NCBI GenBank assembly: GCA_965222745.1
Contig: CBDCUW010000004.1
Coordinates: 686,041-750,040, forward strand
Source of the DNA: Rubripirellula sp.
GTDB lineage: Bacteria > Planctomycetota > Planctomycetia > Pirellulales > Pirellulaceae
DNA length: 64,000 nucleotides
Reading direction: 5' to 3'
The notes under the pieces were generated by a model. That model had not been told where the DNA came from. It was given only the letters and a program-made list of their open reading frames with translations, and ran no database searches. Both the position numbers and the translations under genes were made by a program. This document shows, piece after piece, positions 9,537 to 18,156 of this stretch; the stretch's first letter is position 1, and every line of letters begins with the position of its first letter.

Positions 9537-10835
9537 TTGTGGCATGGGGAGCGGTCGCAAGTGAAGCAGTTAGAACTAACCTTTCGTGTCGTGACACCTT
9601 CTTTCTTGGGTGGCGCCCAACACCGCGTGGAATTCCGTTTGGCCAGTTTCAAGGGTGCGTTGCGATTCTGGTGGCGCTCGTTGCACGGAAATCTCACTAC
9701 GGCGGAGCTACATCGAAGAGAATTTGCGATCTTTGGTTCCAGCAGCCAAGGCACGGGAAGGTCGCGGGTGAGGCTGCGTCTGGTCGATATCGATCCGGCC
9801 GAGCCCCAAGTGATGAAAGCCGGTGATATACTTTGGAAAGAAGGTGGCAGCAACAAGCGGTTCAAGTCCGCTTTCTATCTCGGTTACGGATGCCTCAAAG
9901 CGTTTGACAGTAACCCAGACAATGGTCCTGCTACTAAATCGGGCCAGCTGGAACGCGAGTGCACGATGCCTCATACATTTACGGTCCGTGTTTCGTTCGC
10001 CCCAACGCTTTCACGTTCTCAAGTCGAATCGGTCGAAAATGCTCTTCGGTTACTTGGAACCGTCGGCGGGCTGGGCGGCCGAGCACGTCGTGGCTGGGGC
10101 AGTCTAACCTTGATTGGCTGGAAACGACCGGGGGAATGTGATGGTGCGCAACCGCAACTTGTCTCGGATAACGACCCCCTGAGTTCATTGCGTCGTCTGA
10201 CCGGCAATGATCGATTGAGTTCGCAGCGTACCGAATCCACATCCGCCTGCGACTCACGTCTCCCTGCGTGGACTGCATTGACGAGCCTCTCGCGTGTCAT
10301 CGCGTTGAAGACGTCTATCAAAGATCCTCGTCTCGTGATGAAACACCTGGGCATGGAGTTCGTCCGCTTCCGTGGCTATGGGAAGAAAGGGATGGTAATG
10401 GACGGACCTCGCGAGCAAGTGTCTGGCAAGGCACGCTTCCAAGATGATCACGACTTGTTTCGTCGGACGCAGTCTGTCCCGATCGATCATCCCCGGCGTG
10501 TCGTTTTTGGATTGCCGCACAATTACGGACAAGTCCCCTCGCAGCATTGCGAGCCGATGGATTTTGAACGCCGTGGCAGCCCACTCTTCTTCCATCTTCA
10601 TCAGACGCAGGAGGACCAAGGTGTTACAGTGGTGCTACTGTTTTTGCCATCCCTCTACCTGCCAGCGGGAAAAGGTTCAAATCCTCAGTTGAAGGCCTTT
10701 GGACGAACAGTCGGCCTCGCCACTTCGATCAGTTTTTGGGACCCCGTTCACGACTTCCTGGACCGGATGTCTGGCAAAGGCGGTCAAGACAATCACGCCT
10801 GCACGGAGCTGAGAAATGCGGAGGTGGTGTCATGA
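9537..10835 (+). CDS. cmr1: Type III-B Cmr1 (RAMP)
   Basis: The N-terminus LELTFRVVTPSFLGGAQ...EFRLASFKGALRFWWRSL matches the Cmr1 RAMP signature (TPlfiGG...sSlKGalRfw). It is the first gene of the cmr operon and starts at a TTG/GTG. Confidence 0.7.
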   Translation: MWHGERSQVKQLELTFRVVTPSFLGGAQHRVEFRLASFKGALRFWWRSLHGNLTTAELHRREFAIFGSSSQGTGRSRVRLRLVDIDPAEPQVMKAGDILWKEGGSNKRFKSAFYLGYGCLKAFDSNPDNGPATKSGQLERECTMPHTFTVRVSFAPTLSRSQVESVENALRLLGTVGGLGGRARRGWGSLTLIGWKRPGECDGAQPQLVSDNDPLSSLRRLTGNDRLSSQRTESTSACDSRLPAWTALTSLSRVIALKTSIKDPRLVMKHLGMEFVRFRGYGKKGMVMDGPREQVSGKARFQDDHDLFRRTQSVPIDHPRRVVFGLPHNYGQVPSQHCEPMDFERRGSPLFFHLHQTQEDQGVTVVLLFLPSLYLPAGKGSNPQLKAFGRTVGLATSISFWDPVHDFLDRMSGKGGQDNHACTELRNAEVVS

Positions 10836-12877
10836 CGCAGAAGTTCGAAGACGTCTTTCGATTGTCGTTCGCAGTCGGTCCAGTTCAAACCTTTGTCTCC
10901 CAGTCGCGACGGACGCGAGATCTCTGGTCCGGCAGCTGGCTACTCTCCTTCCTGTCGGAAACCGCCTTGGCAAAAGCGGAACAGACCGGGGGACATGCGA
11001 TCATTCCGTACCGGCACGAACACGAACGGTGCAGGTTGACTTCCAGCCGTTCAGCGATTGGGGGAATCCCGAATCGTTTTGAAGTCTCGTTTGGGAATCA
11101 GCAGCTCGCCGAACGGACTGGTCACGAGTGTGTTGCTACGTTTAGGCACAGCTGGGAAACGATTGCAAACTGCATTTTCGAGAAGTACTTCCACAACGAT
11201 GTATTGGAAAAAGGGAGCCAAACCAAATCAATATGGGATCGTCAAATCTCTGATTTTTGGCAGCTATCGTGGATCGTCTCCAAAACACCGGGCCCACGCA
11301 AATTAGCGGGACTGCCACTCAGTGAACGAAAGCACTTTCGCAACGTGCCAGCATCAAACGAACCTGGCACAAAGTGTTCAATGGTCACGAGCCTGCAGGA
11401 ACTTTCTGGTTGGTACGGGCGAGGAAACTGGACAAAACAAAGCGAGTTTTGGAGACAGCTAGGCGGCAAGCTCAGCGGCCTGGATCTGGGGGATCGCGAA
11501 ATGTTGTCCGCGGTCGGATTCGTTAAACGCATGTTTCCCGAAGTCGTTGATCTTTGCCTTCGTCGTTTTTCAAATGCGTTGCCTGACGGAACTCGTTTCG
11601 AAACGATATCACCGGAAGGTGATCAGGACGCGCTTCGCCATCAGGCACGCTGGCCGTCGCTTGCATTTCTCGCCGCTCTGCCGTGGATGCAAGATGTCAA
11701 TGCAAATCCTGACACGGCTGGCGAAGCGAAGAGAATCACTGCGAAAGCGATTCGCAAATCGCACAGAGATGAGAATGGTTACTGGGAATCCGAAGAGATT
11801 CCCAAAAACGACTTCGGCTTGGGCGATTGGGCGCGCATTGATGCCCCCGTCTGGTTTACGAGCGGATTGAACGCCAACAGTCCCGGATTGCCTGAGAATC
11901 GACTTTCCGAGCTGAAGAATATTCAAATCCGTTTGCACAGTCTGGCTGGCTCGAAACCAGTGCCAAGCTATGCCTTGTTGCTGGCTGACGGTGACTCCAT
12001 GGGGAATTTGCTCGGCGTGATGGATGATCCCACACGACTCAGCGAATGCCTGGGCCGGTTTTCGACCGGGGTCAGCAAGATCATCTGCCCCGAGAACCGA
12101 AACGGACGAGTCGTCTACGCTGGCGGCGACGATGTCTTCGCACTACTCAGTGCGGAAACAGCGCTGGCGGCGGCCGATCAACTGCGCCACGCCTATGCGG
12201 ATGCCTTTGTGGACCAAGGCGTTGATCTTCAAGCGACCCTTTCGGTGGCTATTGTTTACGCTCATTGGCGATACCCGTTGAAGCAGGTCATCCGTTTTGC
12301 TCATCAATTGTTGGATGACGTCGCGAAAGATCAGACCGGCCGGGATTCACTTGCAGTAGCAGTTTTGCAGGGCGGTGGTCTTCGTTCGATTTGGTCAGCT
12401 CCCTGGAATGTGATTCGCGGCAAACGTGACGGCTGTGTTTCATTTGATAGCCTGATCAACCGATTTGCCACTGCTGACGATGAACTGTCGCAATCAGAGA
12501 GTGCTGCAATCAACAGCAGCTTTCTTTACAGCCTTCGAAAGCAGTACTCCGCGTTAATGCCTAACGCTTCGGATCTCCCTGGGAAATACCAATCCGTCGC
12601 GGAAGCAACCAAGGGGAGCGTAGATGCAATCAATCTGTTGCAGTCCATTGCCCATAGTGAATACCGACGACGACTGACACCCTCTGGGCGTTTGAGCAAT
12701 CACCGCGAGGCAACCGAAAAATATATCAACGAATTGATGACGCTTTGCCACCCCTGGCAAAGGGACAACGAAGGCGCCAGCCATTCCGACTCAAACAAGT
12801 TTAGTTTTGACGGTTGGAAGATTGCTCGTTACTTGAAACAGGTCAAGGAGAAACAGGTAGTGGATCATGAGTGCTGA
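10832..12877 (+). CDS. cas10: Cas10/Cmr2, HD-less form with intact GGDD cyclase motif
   Basis: The N-terminus begins directly with the conserved FAVGPVQTFVSQSRRTRDLWSGSWLLSFL block, with no preceding HD domain. VVYAGGDDVFAL (GGDD palm motif) is present. Start set at the internal MTQKF Met, which avoids overlap with cmr1. Confidence 0.85.
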   Translation: MTQKFEDVFRLSFAVGPVQTFVSQSRRTRDLWSGSWLLSFLSETALAKAEQTGGHAIIPYRHEHERCRLTSSRSAIGGIPNRFEVSFGNQQLAERTGHECVATFRHSWETIANCIFEKYFHNDVLEKGSQTKSIWDRQISDFWQLSWIVSKTPGPRKLAGLPLSERKHFRNVPASNEPGTKCSMVTSLQELSGWYGRGNWTKQSEFWRQLGGKLSGLDLGDREMLSAVGFVKRMFPEVVDLCLRRFSNALPDGTRFETISPEGDQDALRHQARWPSLAFLAALPWMQDVNANPDTAGEAKRITAKAIRKSHRDENGYWESEEIPKNDFGLGDWARIDAPVWFTSGLNANSPGLPENRLSELKNIQIRLHSLAGSKPVPSYALLLADGDSMGNLLGVMDDPTRLSECLGRFSTGVSKIICPENRNGRVVYAGGDDVFALLSAETALAAADQLRHAYADAFVDQGVDLQATLSVAIVYAHWRYPLKQVIRFAHQLLDDVAKDQTGRDSLAVAVLQGGGLRSIWSAPWNVIRGKRDGCVSFDSLINRFATADDELSQSESAAINSSFLYSLRKQYSALMPNASDLPGKYQSVAEATKGSVDAINLLQSIAHSEYRRRLTPSGRLSNHREATEKYINELMTLCHPWQRDNEGASHSDSNKFSFDGWKIARYLKQVKEKQVVDHEC

Positions 12878-14069
12878 GCAATGGTGCCAGATGCGTGCCG
12901 TTGATGCGTTGTTTTTTCGTGATGGCACGCCCTTCAATCGCGGTGAAGATCATGGTGACATCAGCAGTGTGTTTCCGCCCGTGCCGCATACACTTTCGGG
13001 AGCGATGCGTTTCGCGTTGGCCCGCGCCAACGGTTGGAGCGGAAAAGGATCATGGTGTGAACAACGTGACGATGCTGGACGCGATTTTGCCGAGACTTTA
13101 GGAGACGGGCCCGACGACCTTCGTCAGCTAAGATTCTTCGGCCCACTGTTGGCGCTTGATCGTGAATCCGATACCGGCACGTCACGACGGTCTCTCCGGC
13201 TGTTCTTTCCCATGCCTCGGCATGTGATTGGTTTCACCGAACGATACGCGGATGGATCTGCCCCCACCTTTCATCCAGATGATTGGTTGGTTCCTGGGGA
13301 GCCCCGATACAGCGATGCCTGCGACAAGCCCGTTGCATTTCCAACACCGGCGACCCGACGCGAAAAACCTCCTTTTGCAGAGCCCACCGATGAATTTTTT
13401 GTCGCGATGGAGGGCATGCAGCAAATCGCTTCAGGATGTTTGCCCGCATCCGACGAATGCCTCCACCGCGATCATCTCTTTCAGTCGGAACCGCGCGTGG
13501 GCATCGCTAGGGAACGTGGTCTGCGTACCGCCGAACATGGCGCGCTTTACAATCCGAGCTTCATTCGCACGACCGACGCTCTGTCTATTCTCTACTGTCT
13601 CCGCGGAACACCGGACGGATGGAGAGTTCCATCAACGATCGCGCTCGGGGGTGAGTCGAGAATGGCTTCACTTGAAAGATTACCCGAGAGTGATGATCCA
13701 CGTATTCCGTGCTACCAACCAGCCTCGTCGGATCGTGTCGCGTTGGTCTTGTTGACACCGGCTTTGTTCGAATCGGACGCCACGAACCAGCCAGACGATA
13801 AATCCACCCATTGGTTCGGTGCAGGCCCCGGCCAATCGGCCAGGCGGCTCGACCCCGCGTTTTCGGGAAACGTCGTCACAACGTCGATCAATCGCCCGCA
13901 ATTCATTGGCGGTTGGAATGCACTGACCGGTGGTCCTGAGCCGTTACGCCCCTATGCGCCGGCGGGAACCGTGTGGTGGCTGGACAACATACCTGCCAAG
14001 CCAGGACCATTCCAAATCGGACGTCGCACCGAACACGGCTACGGTTTGGCCATCTGTTGCAAGGTATGA
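12867..14069 (+). CDS. cmr3: Type III-B Cmr3
   Basis: The N-terminus AVDALFFRDGTPFNRGED...VFPPVPHTLSGAMRFA matches the Cmr3 signature (DpLFFRDGrPF...fPP.PsTl.GalR). Confidence 0.75.
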   Translation: MSAEQWCQMRAVDALFFRDGTPFNRGEDHGDISSVFPPVPHTLSGAMRFALARANGWSGKGSWCEQRDDAGRDFAETLGDGPDDLRQLRFFGPLLALDRESDTGTSRRSLRLFFPMPRHVIGFTERYADGSAPTFHPDDWLVPGEPRYSDACDKPVAFPTPATRREKPPFAEPTDEFFVAMEGMQQIASGCLPASDECLHRDHLFQSEPRVGIARERGLRTAEHGALYNPSFIRTTDALSILYCLRGTPDGWRVPSTIALGGESRMASLERLPESDDPRIPCYQPASSDRVALVLLTPALFESDATNQPDDKSTHWFGAGPGQSARRLDPAFSGNVVTTSINRPQFIGGWNALTGGPEPLRPYAPAGTVWWLDNIPAKPGPFQIGRRTEHGYGLAICCKV

Positions 14070-14114
14070 GAGCGTGGAAAATTGGACCTTATCGTTTGAC
14101 AATCACGATTAAAC

Positions 14115-15053
14115 ATGAAAACAAATCTGTACGGATTATTAGCCGAAACCGCAATACATCCCGGCGCCGGACAAGACGCCGGGTTGATCGATTTGCCCGT
14201 AGCCCGTGAACGTATTACCGATTTCCCGGTCGTCGTTGGGAGTTCGCTAAAGGGGGCGTTACGAGACCAATTGTTCTGGCAAGATTACAAGGACCCCACG
14301 TCGCAACCTGGGTTCAGTCAGTTGGACGAAGAACAACAGCACCATCAAAAAGCGGATTCCCGACGTCAAGTCGACCGGACGCTCGCACCAATATTTGGGG
14401 CCCAGGGGAACGAATCGGCTGGCGCCGGAGGTATCCTGGTCTCTGATGCACGGTTGCTTCTCTTGCCGATCCGAAGTCTGACGAGCCACTATTATTGGAT
14501 CACTTGCCCTTTGATCTTGGAAAGGTTCGTTCGAGATCACAAACGAGCAAATTTTGGTGATGTGGACATTCCAGCATTGACGCTTTCACCACAACAATTC
14601 GCGGGGCTGACTACCGACGACTCGCCTGCGATGATCTTTCTGGAAGAGCTTCAGTTTGCGAGGAACGCTGATCATGATCAGGAAAATACAACTTCTGTGA
14701 AAGCAGCGATCGAGCTGATTCGGCCATTGATTCGCCATGCAGCCACCGCCCAGCGTTTGGAAAGCCAATTGGTCATACTTTGTGACGAAGACTTTACGTG
14801 GTTCGCGCGATACGGTTTGACGGTCACGGCGCGGAACGTGCTAGATCGAGAGACGAAGGCGAGTAAAAACCTATGGTACGAAGAAACCTTGCCAAGTGAT
14901 TCCCTATTCTATTTCAGTGTCTCGGAGCGCAATTCTGGAACGTTGAGTGATTTCGACGATCGGTTTTGCCGGTCTCACTATCTTCAGGTTGGAGGAAATG
15001 AAACGGTTGGGCAAGGTTGGTTCGTCACTCAACGCGTTGACTTCAATCAATAG
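14115..15053 (+). CDS. cmr4: Type III-B Cmr4 (backbone RAMP, target-RNA cleaving subunit)
   Basis: LLAETAIHPGAGQDAGLIDLPVARERITDFPVVVGSSLKGALRDQ matches the Cmr4 consensus, including the catalytic Asp in IDLPV and the G-rich loop. Confidence 0.85.
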   Translation: MKTNLYGLLAETAIHPGAGQDAGLIDLPVARERITDFPVVVGSSLKGALRDQLFWQDYKDPTSQPGFSQLDEEQQHHQKADSRRQVDRTLAPIFGAQGNESAGAGGILVSDARLLLLPIRSLTSHYYWITCPLILERFVRDHKRANFGDVDIPALTLSPQQFAGLTTDDSPAMIFLEELQFARNADHDQENTTSVKAAIELIRPLIRHAATAQRLESQLVILCDEDFTWFARYGLTVTARNVLDRETKASKNLWYEETLPSDSLFYFSVSERNSGTLSDFDDRFCRSHYLQVGGNETVGQGWFVTQRVDFNQ

Positions 15054-15064
15054 GCAGGATTCCG

Positions 15065-15505
15065 ATGCAAACTGTTGAACAGAAACGTGCCGCCGACGCG
15101 GTGCGTAAGATCCAAGGAATGATCAATAGCAATCGCGACTATGGGCATTATGTTTCGTATGCATCCGCGCTTCCCGCGCAGATTGTCAACAATGGGCTTG
15201 GCCAAGCGATCACGATGCTGTGTGCCGCCGCGGGCCGAAAGACGATCCCCCACGAGGATCCACACTACTTTTTGGCCGACCACGTCGCCAGTTGGTTGGC
15301 CGAACAGATTCAAGAACTGAGACCAACTGATGGCGTGAACCATCCCGTCCAAGTCGTCCAGCGTCTGGCCGAAGGCAATCAGAAACAATATTCGCGCGCG
15401 ACGGCCGAGGCGGTTGCGTATCTGAATTGGCTCAAGAGGTTTGCACGCGCCATGCTCACTGAGCCAGGGGAAACCCCGGATGGATCGGAGAATACGAATG
15501 TCTAG
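15065..15505 (+). CDS. cmr5: Type III-B Cmr5 (small alpha-helical subunit)
   Basis: 146 aa, with the LPAQIVNNGLGQAITML motif typical of Cmr5 (LPamIrtnGL.qalaf). Confidence 0.7.
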   Translation: MQTVEQKRAADAVRKIQGMINSNRDYGHYVSYASALPAQIVNNGLGQAITMLCAAAGRKTIPHEDPHYFLADHVASWLAEQIQELRPTDGVNHPVQVVQRLAEGNQKQYSRATAEAVAYLNWLKRFARAMLTEPGETPDGSENTNV

Positions 15506-16841
15506 CGTTCCTTCACGCCCCATCTACCGTACCCGAGGCGAAATTCCCCAGTTGACCAAGATACGGCGAAACGGAAACTTCGGGTTGTTCTTCAACAAGT
15601 TTCCCGATCACTGGGGAATGAAAAAGGATAATCAAGTAGACAAAATCGCGTTCGATCCGGGAAAAACGGAAAGCAACAAAAAGAGTTGGTTGCGAAAAAT
15701 CGCGGGAAACCATCCGCGCGATCGCAAGGCGGACAGCCCATCACAGGCAGTTGGAAACTCGGACGCGATACAAGAGTCTGCGGAACGGCTTTATTGTTTG
15801 ATTGAAAGTCGGGGGGGCAAAGTCTTCGCCATCGAAAACCGGTCTCGATTCTTAACTGGTGCTGGGCTCGAACACCCAACGAGAAATGGGATGCTGTTGC
15901 ATCCGACGCTGGGTGTACCCTTCATCCCCGGCTCCACCGTAAAAGGAGTTCTCAGCGCATGGAATTGGCAGACACTGTGGGCAGACCACGTCGGAGAGGA
16001 CGGAGAATACGACGATGATCGACGCAGAACGCACGACGCGGCGTACATCAGTGAATTCGGCCGTTTATTGGGAACGACGGGGCAGGTCGGCGGAATCCAA
16101 TTCACCGACGTACTGCCAGTCCGAACGGTCGAATTAGATGTCGAGATTCTCACCCCGCACTACGGCAAATACTATGCATCTAACATTGAAGCAGCGGATG
16201 GAACCGGCCAGGAGGCGACCTCGAACAATCCAAACGCATCAACAATCCCCAGTCCCGGCGACTGGCATAGCCCCCTTCCGGTTGAATACCTGGTCGTCGC
16301 CGCCAAACAGGTTTGGGTTGGCGGAATCATTCCCTCCCCTCGCACAAATGCACCCTCCCTTAACGAAGTGCTGGATCTTCTCCGACAAGCGATCGAGGAA
16401 CTTGGCATTGGAGCAAAGACGGAAATCGGTCTTGGGGTTTTTGAATTCTTGGAAAATGCGACCGACCATCGTCCCGACTTCTTGAGCAAGGCGGCGAACA
16501 GTGCTAGCGCTAGGCCGATGGTGGAGAACCTTCAACAGCCTTACGACGATTCCGACCTACAGGTAAAAGCCATCATTGGGGATGGGGGCGATGACCCCAA
16601 CAGTCGGCCTCAGGCGATTCTGCGGTTTTACGATTTACTCTCGGAATCGGGCGACACGTTGTCGATCGACGCCGCACGTTGGATCTGTTCACAGTACCTT
16701 GGGGACGCAGTGATTAAGGCATTACCCCAAGGTGCCGAAACGGCAGCAAAGAAAAAGAAAAAGCTAAAGCAAAAGAAGGATTTGCTGGAAAAGTTTCTGC
16801 CCGTCATTGAGGCGATCATCGAGACGGCGTCACGGGAATAA
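15501..16841 (+). CDS. cmr6: Type III-B Cmr6 (RAMP)
   Basis: GLFFNKFPDHW and LHPTLGVPFIPGSTVKGVLSAW are RAMP motifs characteristic of Cmr6. Start set at the internal Met MSSVPS, which abuts the cmr5 stop. Confidence 0.75.
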   Translation, partial: SSVPSRPIYRTRGEIPQLTKIRRNGNFGLFFNKFPDHWGMKKDNQVDKIAFDPGKTESNKKSWLRKIAGNHPRDRKADSPSQAVGNSDAIQESAERLYCLIESRGGKVFAIENRSRFLTGAGLEHPTRNGMLLHPTLGVPFIPGSTVKGVLSAWNWQTLWADHVGEDGEYDDDRRRTHDAAYISEFGRLLGTTGQVGGIQFTDVLPVRTVELDVEILTPHYGKYYASNIEAADGTGQEATSNNPNASTIPSPGDWHSPLPVEYLVVAAKQVWVGGIIPSPRTNAPSLNEVLDLLRQAIEELGIGAKTEIGLGVFEFLENATDHRPDFLSKAANSASARPMVENLQQPYDDSDLQVKAIIGDGGDDPNSRPQAILRFYDLLSESGDTLSIDAARWICSQYLGDAVIKALPQGAETAAKKKKKLKQKKDLLEKFLPVIEAIIETASRE

Positions 16842-16844
16842 GAC

Positions 16845-17558
16845 ATGATTCAGCGACGAAGTTTGTGGCAACACAATCGAGGCTGGATTCTTTTTGCAAT
16901 CCATCGGCAGCGAATTCTGCTGGTCGCCAATGCCGTTGTCATCTTGCTGGCAGTGATTTTCGTTCGAACATCCCCTGCATTGGCGCAAAACGCCCAACAA
17001 TGGTGGTCTTCCGTCAATACTGTGTTGGGAATCGGCGCGTTATGCGGAACGCTGCTTGTGTGGCAGAACCAGGCCCGGCGCGAGTGGCGTGAAAGCTTGC
17101 CCCTTCGGTTAACGGTGGTTTACTTTTACGAACCTGAAAACCACCTAGAGACCGACGGGAACGGGCAGCGCCCCGTGATGGCGTGCGTCGACGCCCCACT
17201 GGTTGACTCAAGCGATATCAGGGCGATGGCGCAACAACTCGGTTCCCAATTGCTGTGGCCCAATTCGGGGCATTCGGAATCAACGTCAAACAATGCGACT
17301 CGCCGGTTGTCTCTCAAACCAAAGTATCATGTCAAACCGTCGGTGATCGACTATGACGAGCAAGTTGTTCGGCACTCCATTGCGATGTTCATTGATCGCC
17401 TGCCCGAGGGCTGGCCAATTCCGCTGCCAGAGAATCATGGACTGATTCGCGACCCGAGCGTCGCGCAGTGGGAAACTCAGCTTTGTGAGGATATGCCGGA
17501 GTACATGAAGAAACTAATGGACAAGAAGCGGTGGAACGATGTCGACTTACACGATTGA
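16845..17558 (+). CDS. Uncharacterised 2-TM membrane protein encoded within the cmr operon
   Basis: Two N-terminal hydrophobic helices (ILLVANAVVILLAVIFV, VLGIGALCGTLLVW) precede a ~150-aa soluble domain. The gene starts 4 nt after the cmr6 stop and overlaps the next gene. Confidence 0.4.
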   Translation: MIQRRSLWQHNRGWILFAIHRQRILLVANAVVILLAVIFVRTSPALAQNAQQWWSSVNTVLGIGALCGTLLVWQNQARREWRESLPLRLTVVYFYEPENHLETDGNGQRPVMACVDAPLVDSSDIRAMAQQLGSQLLWPNSGHSESTSNNATRRLSLKPKYHVKPSVIDYDEQVVRHSIAMFIDRLPEGWPIPLPENHGLIRDPSVAQWETQLCEDMPEYMKKLMDKKRWNDVDLHD

Positions 17559-17847
17559 AGTTGAGGTGCAAACAGATAAAGAAGTGTTGCTCAAGGTCAG
17601 TTTCAGCGAACAGGCTGACAACACGCAAATTGTCGTCGATGCAAAAGTGGCCATCGAAGCACTCGGGCTTCAAGGTGGCAGATTGGTAAAGTTCAACGGT
17701 GCGGCATCGTTGCCGGTGGCGATGGTGATGTGCCACGCGGTGGCGCATCTCTTTGGTGCCGTCGCGGTTTACGATCCCAAACTCGCAGGATACGTGGTGT
17801 GCGTATCGCATTCGCCCGAGCACAGAGTGGGTGAGTTGATTGATTGA
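17539..17847 (+). CDS. Csx3-like small protein (candidate cyclic-oligoadenylate ring nuclease Crn3)
   Basis: 102 aa. The C-terminal block GAASLPVAMVMCHAVAHLFGAVAVYDPKLAGYVVCVSHSPEHRVGEL resembles the Cas_csx3 family core (R-A-P-x-W-L...vAVyDPrl..yVVv.sH) as I recall it from memory. It is the last gene before the CRISPR leader. Confidence 0.45.
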   Translation: MSTYTIEVEVQTDKEVLLKVSFSEQADNTQIVVDAKVAIEALGLQGGRLVKFNGAASLPVAMVMCHAVAHLFGAVAVYDPKLAGYVVCVSHSPEHRVGELID

Positions 17848-18156
17848 CGGAAATCAGCGATTGGAGTTTGTTTTGCGCGCCCGGTTGGGTTTCGATTCGA
17901 GCCCACATCTATAAGTCGCGAGACAGCAGCCCGCCAAAGTGGGGCGCGTCGCGAACCGTCTGATGCTTCGAAGGGAACCACGACCGCAGTCAGAGTTTGA
18001 CGCGGTGAGAAATTCGAAGCCGTTTGCCACCGGCAGTGTCAGGCTGGAGTGGGGTCTAAACCAACTAACCAATTGCCTTCACCAAAGAAACAGCCATAAA
18101 TCCTTTTCCAATATCGACTTCCGCGATACACTACGCATGTGCCCCCTAAATAGGCG
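17848..18156 (+). promoter_or_regulatory. Putative CRISPR leader / array promoter region
   Basis: ~310-bp non-coding stretch immediately 5' of repeat 1. Repeat orientation (3' end ATTGAAAC gives the crRNA 5' tag AUUGAAAC) implies plus-strand transcription from this side. A degenerate repeat lies at the opposite end. Confidence 0.4.

Noticed and set aside
10832-11500. Search for an HD nuclease motif in Cas10
   Set aside because: No H-D dyad region precedes the conserved PVQ/DLW block, and the protein is ~680 aa. It is treated as a true HD-less Cmr2, not a truncation artefact.
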